Position numbers and translations under genes: made by a program. A DNA stretch of 57,059 nucleotides, filler included, from Trypethelium eluteriae (taxonomy: Eukaryota), in assembly GCA_051942245.1 (NCBI GenBank). It is 2 parts of 2 records of this genome, joined end to end, with 100 filler letters (N's around TTAATTAATTAA, not from the genome) between each part and the next. Parts side by side here need not be neighbours in the genome. Positions count along the whole stretch, not along the records: positions 1 to 28,506 come from JAVECL010000310.1; positions 28,607 to 57,059 come from JAVECL010000311.1. One strand, written 5' to 3'. The notes under the pieces are model-generated. The model worked only from the letters and a program-made list of their open reading frames with translations. It searched no databases and was not told the origin of the DNA. This document shows, piece by piece, positions 26,153 through 36,700 of this stretch. Every line of letters begins with the position of its first letter. Position 1 is the first letter of the stretch.

Positions 26153-27813
26153 ATGGCGGACGAGAAAAATGACATTGAGACTGGATCTCGACCTGTGCCG
26201 GACACTGACACGTCCTGGAATGAAGAGGTGATCGTTGCGAGGGAGCTACAGCATAGGAATACGATTCTGCATAAGCTGCGGCAAGGAGAAGAATGGCTCG
26301 ACGCAAAGATGGGAATCGAGACCCGCGGCATTGATCGCATACCAGATGAAGAGAGACGACCGCCGTCGATATGGAATGTTTTCTTCCTCTGGTGGAGTCT
26401 CAACATGCATGTCGGAGTCCTCCCGCTGGGTATCCTTGGACCTGAGTTTGGCCTCAGTCTTAACCAGTCTGTCGCTGCTAGTGTCGTTGGTATCATTCTC
26501 GGCGCGCTTTGTACATCATATACAGGCACGCTAGGCCCTAAGTTGGGCCTTCGAGCTGGTGAGTCCCCTGAATGGCCCGTCGGGACCTGAATTTTGTACT
26601 AAGTGAAATCTAAGTTGCGACGTCTCGATACTCCTTCGGTTTCTGGGGCGCAAAGATCTGCTCTGTTCTCAATGTTATAATAGGCGGTGGCTATATGGTT
26701 GTCAATCTTGTAGTGGTCGGACAGGTGCTGAGTGCAGTATCGGACTATAAGCTGACTATTACCGTTGGAATCGTCATCATTGCTGTGGTTGGATATGTGG
26801 TCTCCCTCTTTGGTTTCCGTGTCGTCCACACATTCGAGAAATACTGGTGGATGTTAACCCTGGTCTTGATGCTGGTCCTCCTGGGACAAATTGCCCCCTA
26901 CGTGGATGCTGGCATTGTTCCACAAGGCGACACCGGCCTCTCTTTGGCGGGAAACTTCTTAACAATACTAGCTATCAATTTCTGTGAGTACACCTCTTGT
27001 AGGCCACCTCTCGAGCTGCCGTCACTAATTTAATATCCAGCCAACTCTTCTGGCTGGTGCTCTATTGCATCGGATTATTACGTCAACTATCCTTCGAAAA
27101 CGCCCTCGTGGAAAATCTTTGCCCTCACTTTCTGGGGTATTGTGATTCCTACGACGCTCGTTACTGTGACCGGCTGCTGTCTTAGCAATGCTGCCATCAC
27201 CGCAGCTGTGCCCCGTTTTGCGGAAGCTTACGAGGATCATGGCCTAGGTGGACTGATTAGAGAGACATATCATCCCATTGGCTGGTCCAAGTTCTGTCTG
27301 GTAATCCTGATGTTCTCGGTCCTTGGCAATAACGTTGCAAACGCCTACAGTAGTGGATTGAGCCTGCAATTGCTTGGGCACTACTTCCATGCGGTCCCAA
27401 GGTTTTTGTGGTCATTGGTGTGGGTTGTGGTTGTTGCTGTCCTTGCCATTGCAGGTCAAGAGCATCTTAGCACCATTGTTTCGAATTTTGTCTCGCTTCT
27501 TGGCTACTGGACAATATCTTTTACTTTGGTCTTGCTAGTCGAGGACCAATGGTTTCGTCGCAGGGAAGGCTACAATCTCTTAGTGTGGGATCAGCCGTCC
27601 AAGCTCCCAATAGGTGCTGCTGCCGTGACTGCTCTTCTTGCTGGCTACTTGGCTGGTGGCGTGAGTGGGATGTCTCAGACATGGTATATTGGACCCATCG
27701 CAGCAAAGTTTGGTGGCACTGGGGGTGATGTGGGTATCTACTTGAGTGCAGTCTTCACGCTTATAGTATATCCGCCTCTGAGGGGTTTTGAGAGAAGCAA
27801 AACAGGGCGATAG
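26153..27813 (+). CDS. NCS1-family purine-cytosine permease (Fcy2/Tpn1-like); introns 26559-26614, 26984-27040
   Basis: GIETRGIDRIP, GPKLGLR.V.TSRYSFGFWG, FEKY, ASDYYV and GGDVG motifs with many TM helices. Introns are in phase. Confidence 0.92.
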
Positions 27814-27860
27814 CATATGGCTGAATCCATTCATATACCCAGCATTCAAGCTTCTTTTCC

Positions 27861-28506
27861 TCACGCTTCAGACACAACCTGTGGAGCGATATCATTTTCT
27901 CTTGCCCTTGCATGTTCCATGGCCCGATATTTATCAATCGTCTCTTGTCCCTTAAAATTCGCCTTCAACCTCATAGTCGCCCTCTGCTTAATCCACTCAT
28001 CCGCAGTCAGCGCCTCCTTCCCATCCTCCTCATCCATCAACGACTTCAATGGAACATCCCCATTCGGCCTCGCAAAATACACCACCGAATGCCTCGAACA
28101 CTTCGCCTGCTCCCCCGGCGGCCCCATCACCCGATGCAACCCACTAAACACCCTCCTCCCCAACAACTGCACCAACGCATCCCCCAAATTAATCAGCGCA
28201 CACCCCGGCACCGGCCGCACATACCTCCACTCGCGCGTCTCGGGGTCCATCGCCTGCAGCCCGCCCAACCGATTAAACAACACGGTCACACTCCCATAAT
28301 CCGTATGCTCGCCCAGGGCAATCCTCCCACTCGCCACCGGCGGTGCATGCGTCACCCTCGCCTGGTCTCCACTCTGCGCCTCCAGCCGATGCAGCGCCAG
28401 CAGCTCTCCTTCAGGCACACCAATCCCTTGCTCGAGGGCGCGCAGGATGCCCATGACCACCGCATGGGCGTCGCGCATGAACTGCTGGAGCTGCGGGGTA
28501 TGGTCT
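27861..28506 (-). CDS. 2-oxoglutarate/Fe(II)-dependent dioxygenase (IPNS/DIOX-like), 5' part lost at the assembly gap
   Basis: EHTDYGSVTVLF (HxD), INLGDAL, GLHRV (distal His) and RHSVVYF (RxS for 2OG binding). The frame runs into the N run. Confidence 0.88.
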
Positions 28507-28606
28507 NNNNNNNNNNNNNNNNNNNNNNNNNNNNNNNNNNNNNNNNNNNNTTAATTAATTAANNNNNNNNNNNNNNNNNNNNNNNNNNNNNNNNNNNNNN
28601 NNNNNN
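28507..28606. other. Artificial contig linker / assembly gap (44 N + TTAATTAATTAA + 44 N)
   Basis: Exactly 100 bp and symmetric. TTAATTAATTAA is palindromic and places stops in all six frames. Confidence 0.95.
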
Positions 28607-29930
28607 TCTCCTATCTGGCTAGGAAATGAAGCTGTATATATACACCGTAACAACCCCTGTATCTTCGGGATCTCATCCTTCTGCTTCCGAGAGTATTAGT
28701 CAGCTAAATGACCTAGAACTCTCTGATACAGCTAGGATAATATTGACAATTGCTGCAACTAGAACTTCCTCCTGATGGTGATGACTACTATGAGCACGCT
28801 TTCTTTAAGAAGATCGTTACTCGTTTGGACATGTGCTCTGCTTGAGCTGATGTAGTAAAATAGCTTAAAGGTAGTCCGTAGTCGGAAAGAATGTGTAAGA
28901 GTTCGACTTCCAGCGATACTATTGCTCTCTTTACTTTATTTGTAAGCATAGAGATGAGAGAGCCACACAGAGACAAGATGACTATATAGAGAGGAGAGGT
29001 TTACAAATGATAAAATTCTTCCACAAAGACGAGAGATCTACCTACATAAAAATGCCGGAACTAATCTAGTAGGCATTGGATCACTTAGTTAAGTAAAGAC
29101 CTTATTTAATAATTATGCTCGCATTATTATGTATTGTATATATACGGCGCATGCGTGTGGATACAGTACTCCGTATACGTATTTATATTTATGCACTCAC
29201 TATTCTACGTTTGCACTTATGCTTTCCACCCCGGTGCCCAAACGGCTCCTTCTGCAGCAGCAACTCTGTGGTAGCTTGATTTAAAGTAGACTCAAAACAC
29301 TGTCAGAATTCCTCTAGTTCTATCTTAGAGATTCGCCGCTGGAATATACAGGACTAAAACTCCACTGATATTTTTCATGTTGATGATGTGTTCCCTTAGA
29401 TGATGTGTTCTTTTACTATATGATTTATCTCTGCGTGTCTGTCCTCTATTAAATTCTTAACATTCTAGTAGTTCATAATGTACTAGATAGGCATTGCGCT
29501 CAATGTCTTTACCCACAATCAATCTCAATATTATCTTCAGTATTTAAGAGGTTCGCGATCTCGCTTCTATTCTTGATGATCAGAAATAATGCATATCTAT
29601 TCAACACTCAACAGAGGCAACAGGTAGCACCTTATAAGAAAGCCATGGAAACCTCCTGTGTCCATCCCCTTAGTGCTTAAGATCTGCTTTGGGATAAAGC
29701 AGATTGTCTTCTGATTGCTCTATTCATTATCCTTCACAGCTGCTTAAACTTTTCCTTACCAAATCTGATATCTTTGTAACTCTTTCATGAGATATTTTTC
29801 ACTATTTATCTTAAGTGATAAGTATATATTTATCACTTTTAGTTATTAAGAATATTAACTAAACTATGAATAAATAAAAAATTTGAGTAAAATGCCTGAA
29901 ATATATTATAGGTTATTAGAATATTAGGAA
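28607..29930. other. AT-rich, TpA-rich tract; probable RIP-degraded repeat or gene relic
   Basis: Visibly lower GC than the flanks, abundant TA dinucleotides and no long ORF. Not assignable to a family. Confidence 0.4.
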
Positions 29931-30731
29931 CTCAACAGACGACAGACACTCAGAGATTATGCAGGACCAAAAAGTCTTCCTGACATTGCAGAAAACCAAG
30001 TTGAGGAGCAGAGTATGAATTTCGGGACTCATTGCGACGGAGTCTCGTAGTTCTTTAGAATTGTAGGCCAATGAAAGAAGTGGCATTAGGCTGACAACAC
30101 TGTATGGATGAGTGCGACTTTTTCTAGAGTCTGGAAGCCGAACATGCTTGCTCCCCTGTCTCGGATATTACTCTATTCACAGTCCACCACGACGACTTAC
30201 ATTGCTATATCGCGAAGACAATGGACGACTTGAATTGCAAGTTGAACTGAATCTCGAGGACATCAACACTCGATCCTTAGATCGAGGCACGGCCAATATC
30301 ACTATGGTGAAGCAAGATTCGGATGTGGGTTCTGCCTGAACAAGTAGTGCTCATGGATCAGAGCCTAAGGTCGCTTGAAGGTGATTCAAAGCAGCAGGCG
30401 CTACTTTAGAGTTGCATGCGATGCTTACTTTGATACTGGAAGTTTGCCGAGCAAGGGTATAGGCCCGCAAAGACAATCCCTCGAAGGATTTCGACGATGA
30501 TGCACAATTGCCCCAAGCCGTGAATTTCCATAGTCTCGCCGCGAACGGATTTGATTGTGGAGTCGTATTCTGTGATGACCACCGGAACAAGGCCTTTGCC
30601 TTCTCAAGAATAAGCAATTTTCAATCTATCTCGATTAGATCCTGGACACCTTATATAGTCAACAAAACCATCGCACTTATAAACTAGTTCCTCCCAGTGC
30701 ACGGTCATATCGCACGTCGTTCACTCAGCCA

Positions 30732-33700
30732 TCACTCTTCCATGGCATCTTCAGCTTCCTCGCCTTCATCGTCATCATCATCGTCCTCTTCCTCTTCTCC
30801 CTCCTGAACGTCTAGCTCGAACGTTGGGGCCTGATCCACCCCCACATAGCTATCGCTCATTAAATAGAGGGTGAATTCCCTCTTTCCCATTTCCGGTGGC
30901 GTAAACTGGAGCTTTGTCTCCAAAGTCCTTCCAAGTGTGATCCTCTTGATCGCCAACAATGACTTCGTCTTCTCTTCTCCAACCACAAGCCACCAGTTCT
31001 CGGTCTTCTTGCCCGGGAAGAAAGGTGCGTGAACCTCCGTATTCACTTCCTCATCCTCTTCTAACGCACGCTCCACTGTCACGCTTAACGTAACCGGTTC
31101 CCCAGCCTTTGCCCCGTCCTCCTCCTCCTCTACCTCAAACTTCAGCTCTAAGTTCGGATACTTCTCATTCGTAAACTTCGCCGCATCTGCCAGCTGTCGA
31201 TTGCTCAACCCCAACGCCTTGACCAGACCCTTGTACCCCTCCGCCTCCGGATCCATCGCATCCATAAAGTCAAATACATCCTTGATCCCCGCCTTCCTTG
31301 CCACCTCAAGCACCCTCGGCTCATCAAAGTGCGGGATCTGCTTGAGCGGCGAGTCGCGATCCCACATGGCCTGCACACACATCTGGCTCAGCTCCATCGC
31401 CGACAGCGCATTCAGATGGCCATCCGAAGACAGCACGTCCACGCACGCCGAGAGCAGGCCCAGCACGCGCGAGAGAATGAAGTCCGTGTCCTTGGCGAGG
31501 TCGACGGGGAGCTGCATGCGCGAGAAGTGCGCCTGTAGCAGCACGAACGCTTTGAGGTCGGGCGACTCGAATGACTCGTTCTCGCTGCTGTCGCCTTCGG
31601 CTTTCTTGACCGGGCACCGCGAATAGACGCGGCGCAGGATGCCGTCTTCGTGGCGCCGGATCTGGAGGGCTTCGAATTCCGAGGCCGCCGTGACGATCTC
31701 GAGGATGCCTTTGAGTTTGGTGCGGGGCGTGAGGGAGAGGAGGAAGGTCTGCATCGTGATGAAGGAGATGTTGTAGTAGGCGGCGATCATGGCGGGATTT
31801 AGTGGCGTGACTTCGCTTTCCTCCTCGTCAAATTCGATCATTTTGGCTTCGACGAGGTCTTTGAGGGTGGTTTCGACGAGTTCAGAGAGGTGGGAGGAGA
31901 GACCATCATGCGAGGTGTCCGAGAGGCCGTAGAACGCAGGATTGGAGAGGAGACGTCGGTAGAAGTAGGTGAAGGTCAGGAAGTCGAGGGCATCTTGGCT
32001 GGAGGCGATTTGCTTTGTGGAGATCTCAGCAACAAAAGCATCGTGGAGATAGGTTTGTAGTTGTGACTCGATCGGAAGCGCCTCTTTCAGGAACTTTTTA
32101 TAGTATTCGCCCCGAACTTGCGGGACCATCAGAACGCCCTTGCTTGATTTGTCTTCGCCTGGCCGCCCTGCTTTGCCAAACATCTGCAGGACTTCAGCGA
32201 TCGCATAGTCGATATACCGATGCTCTCTGCCCTCGAAGAATTGTGTGCCCATGACTATGACCAAGTGTGCGTTGACGTTAATCTCCCAACAGGAGTCGCG
32301 GCTGACAAGAAGGACTTGAATAGCCCCGACACGGAAGAAATGCTCCACCGCACGCTTGTCGAATGCATCGAGCGCTTCGTGAAAATATCCAATACCGTGT
32401 GTGAGCGAGTCAGCGAGCGCGCGTTCATTAATCCTTTCCAGTACTGGTGCCATTTCATCCACAGAGGCGTTGAGAAAGCGGTCTTCGTCGTCAGATGCTA
32501 CACATGCATTGAGGATATCAGTTGCTGTTGCACGAACCTGTTTGCGGGAGGGAAGGAAGATCATGGAGGGATCATTAGGAGAAAGCTGTAGGAGAGATTG
32601 GTATGCTGGCTTCGCCATGGCTAGCATTAACGATGGGAAATGGGGGATAGTAAATGACTGAACATGGAGTTCGAGTGGGATCGGCCGAATATTTGGGCTA
32701 AAGTTGAAGATATTGTGTTTGCTAGCTCCGATCCATTCACCAATATCACGAGCATTCGCAAGAGAAACGCTGAGGCCGACAACACGCAGATTCGATTCAA
32801 TCTGCAGAACCATAGATTGCATGCGAGAGACGATCGCTTCATAAACGAAGCCATTTTGAGCGCCTAGCATATGAAGCTCATCGGCAATGAGTAGCTGAAC
32901 GTTTTGGATCGCCTTCCGCCGTTGCCATGATCGCGAAATAACATCCCATTGTGGCGGCGTGGCAAGAACAAGGTCTGCTTCTGCTAGCAGACGCAGATCC
33001 GCTGTAGTCTCACCAGCAAGTTTCAAGATTTTCTTGTCTCCGCCGAGGTGTGCGAGTCGGGTCGTCCATTCTTTTAATCGTAGATCCACGAGTTCTTGGA
33101 ATGGGGCGATATAGACAGCAAGTCCCTGTTCGGCAGCTGGTCTGGCCCAATGTCGTAGCAAAGCAAACTCAGCGCAGACGGTCTTGCCACTTCCAGTGGG
33201 TGCACCAACAAAAACATTGTCATCGGTCATGAACAATGAGTTGAAAACTTGCGTTTGCATCTTGTTAAAACGATCCCAATCTGGATACAGTTTCTCGTAC
33301 TCTGGCCGCTTCAGTGCTGAAACAGGCAGAGGCTGTAGGTCGTGTAATTGAGTGTGTGGAGGAAACTTTTCCGGAAGAATAAGCCGCTGGAAGGAAACAG
33401 CAATCTTTGTCTCAGAATGCATCCATCGGTCTGAGATTACTGTGATGAAGTAATTGGGAGGCATCGGTTCGGTGATGGGAACTGTAAACTCTACCAGATG
33501 TTCATTTGCTTCGCTAATGGCATATTCGCGTCGAAGGAGGAATTGATCGTGAAAGAGGATTTCTTCGCCATCGCAGTCCTCCACTAGAATCCAAAAGCTC
33601 TCTGCGGAGCCATGGATTTCATCATCCCATTCAAAATTCGGCGTGATGGTCAGCTCGAAACGTAGCATGGACCTCGTCATTGGCTGAGCCTGAGCCTGCA

Positions 33701-36700
33701 CCTCAAGCCTTGGAAACTTTTGAACCAGCGCACAGACTGTTTTGCCCGCCTTGGGCATGCCAATCAGCTCAGACATCCTGGGAGGATCCAGATCGAAATA
33801 GCTGCTCCAATTGACATCCATTTTTTCGACCTTGTTGATCACATCTCGTGGACACGATGCAAATTGGCGCAGTGGTGTCATCGTGGGCCACATACGCTTT
33901 TCGGCCATCTTACAGAGGTCTAATGCAGTCTTCGCCACACCCCAGCTTTTCTTCAGAGATATCTCGAATATTGCACGTAATATTCGCCCGGCAGATTGCG
34001 TGACATAGACAAGATCTGCCATCAAAGCCAACCCATCAAGTTTTAATCGGGAGATATACGCCTGCAACAAGACGTTGATCTTAGCAGGAGCTTCCTCAAT
34101 AGACTCCTTCACCGGAATGGGGACTCGACCAAGCAGCTTAGCAAGCTCCAGTTTTTCATCTTGCCGCACGGGTATGTATCGAAATTCCTCGCTTAGTGCA
34201 AATACCCGGAACAACTCAATGGGTGTGATCGAAGGCTGGATATGGTCGTTGTAAGTTAACATGGAGTTGTACGTGATATAGTAATGAGATGCGATACGCC
34301 CAAGTTCGGTAGACGTGAGTTTTCCAGATCGCTTGTCGTATTTAACAAGGTGGGACTTCTCAAGGACAGTAGCCGCCGAGTGAATCAAATCAACTCGCTT
34401 CTGCTCTAGCGCGTTGTCATTTTCGTAGTCCGCTCCGACGCTGTAAAGACCAGGAGATCGCAGCATCCGTACGAAGAGGTATGTATAGCCAAGCCATTCC
34501 ACAGCCTCATCTCTGCTCCTGACATTGCCAAGCACGATCTCAGCATTGAGATTGTCGGCAAGTTTGGAGACAAATTGAGACTCGATTGGGAGCTGCTGGT
34601 TCATCAAGGACAGGTAGTATTGCATTTCACTCTGTGTGGTGATGATGATGCCTTCGCCAAATGTATCATATTGTGGCCGGCCAGCGCGTCCAAGCATTTG
34701 AAGAACATCCTGGGGCGACAGCTCAACCCAATTTCCCTTTTCAGGCGAATAGACCTGCGTTCCTTTGATGATGACTGTATGTGCCGGGAGGTTAACCCCC
34801 CAAGCCAATGTCGCAGTACACACAAGAACTTGCAGCTGTCCGTCAGCAAATAGATCCTCAACGGCACTCCTATCAGCGCGGCTCATGCCTGCGTGGTGAA
34901 TGCCAAAACCATACGGCATCACATCCTTGAGATCAGGATTTGAGACACCATTAGCCTCTTCAGTCAAGATCTCTCGACTCGCAGCATCGCTGCGCAGAAT
35001 TTGACCAATGGTCTCCATTTCCAAGGCCTTGTCGCGGATATACTTCGCAGTCTTGGCAGTTTCTTTCCTTGAGTGTACAAAGATGAGCATCTGGTTGCGT
35101 TGTTTACCGACCTGATCCATGACCTTCTCATAGCAGACATCATTCATGATCTTCAGTTGCTTGATCGGCTTTTTGTCGTTGACACCGATAAATTCTTGCC
35201 GTAGTGGACAAGGCCGGAAAGAACCATCGAAGTGGAAGAGACCTTTGATTGGATCCACACGCAGAAAACTCGCAACATCACGATAATTGGGCAGCGTAGC
35301 GCTGAGCCCGACGAGACGGACAGGATCGCCGGTTTGCTCTATTTTGCGGATAGTACGACTGACTATGCTCTCCAGAACGGGGCCTCTATCATCATGGAGC
35401 AAATGGATTTCGTCGATGCAGATCAGTCTCACAAGATTTGTATAACTCATATCCGTAGCTTTGCGGGTAATGACATCCCATTTCTCGGGGGTAGTGACGA
35501 TGATCTGTGTATCAGCGATCTGCTGCTTCGTGAGCTGACGGTCACCCGTGAGTTCTGATACCCTAATCCCATAGGGCTCCAGACGTTTACCAAAGTTCCC
35601 AACTTGTTCTTGTACTAAAGCCTTCAAAGGTGCAATATAGATAATCTTGAATGCGTCAAGGTCTATGGCACCAGTTTGCGGGTCACGATGTTTGCCGATC
35701 TCTCTGAGCATAGTAAGCATGGCAACGTTGGTCTTTCCGGATCCTGTCGGAGCGCAAATCAACATATTTCCATCGTCCTCGAACGCTGTAGGGAAACATT
35801 TGGTTTGTATTCGATTCAGTTCCTTCGAACTGCCAAAACCTATCCGCGCCCATTCTGGCAAATCAGAGGTCGGCATGTTCTTAGGTTCGTTTGCATCGCG
35901 TTTCGCTTTGGGCGCGGGCACATGGATTTCGTCATAACCTTTGCGTGGATGTTTCACGGTTCCGGCTGGGAGCTTTACATTCGGGTTGGTCATCAAATGG
36001 TTGCCTTGATCAAAGATGAGGTTTTCCAGATTAATGAGACGCTTGGGTTGTAGGCCACCCCGCAGCGCACCATCTTGACCAGAATTCGCCATCTCTGTGT
36101 CATTCGTTTGTCTAGGCACATCAATGTCCATGAGATCGAGCTTCATCTTCTTGCCTGCGGGCTGTTGGTCACCGGTTGTTGGACCTTCTTCTCTAGTTCG
36201 TAGTTCGCTGAGAATATTTCGATGTCCTTCAGCAATCATTTCCCTCTCGATTGCTGTGCGAGCTGCGTCGTCCTCAGCTGCCTTCCGCCATCGGGTAACC
36301 CAAACGATCTTGTCACGATTTTGCACAAGCATCTCGACCAACTCGTGATGTTCGTAATCAAAGAGCTCCATAAGATCATTCTCGATCTCACGCAGTTGTT
36401 TCTCCTCACCGTCTTCTGATACGCCAGAGAGTAGCTGCAGTACCTCCTGTGTTCGTTCTTGCTGAGTGTGAGGATCTTCGTATATCCGACCAATCTGTCG
36501 CTGAAGCCAAAATGCATCAATCACATGCGCAGGCACGGTTTTAGTGTCTCTCTTCTTCGTTGACGTGTCGTCCCGTATGCCGGTCTCGATGACCAACTCG
36601 CCGTCACCTTGTACATCGCCAGGCGCTCCATCCGCATCTTCTGACTCAGCTGGAGCATTTTGTTCCTTGGTTCCGTCTACATCGTCGTCTTCTTCGTCAG

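Noticed and set aside
28551..28562. TTAATTAATTAA palindrome as a biological site (e.g. piggyBac TTAA target)
   Set aside because: It is centred in symmetric N padding totalling 100 bp, so it is an assembly linker.
27912..28562. 216-aa + strand ORF, and the many other antisense ORFs over BRR2, RAX2, PLB1, U2AF and TAF2
   Set aside because: They are shadows of well-supported genes on the opposite strand or in alternate frames, favoured by high GC.
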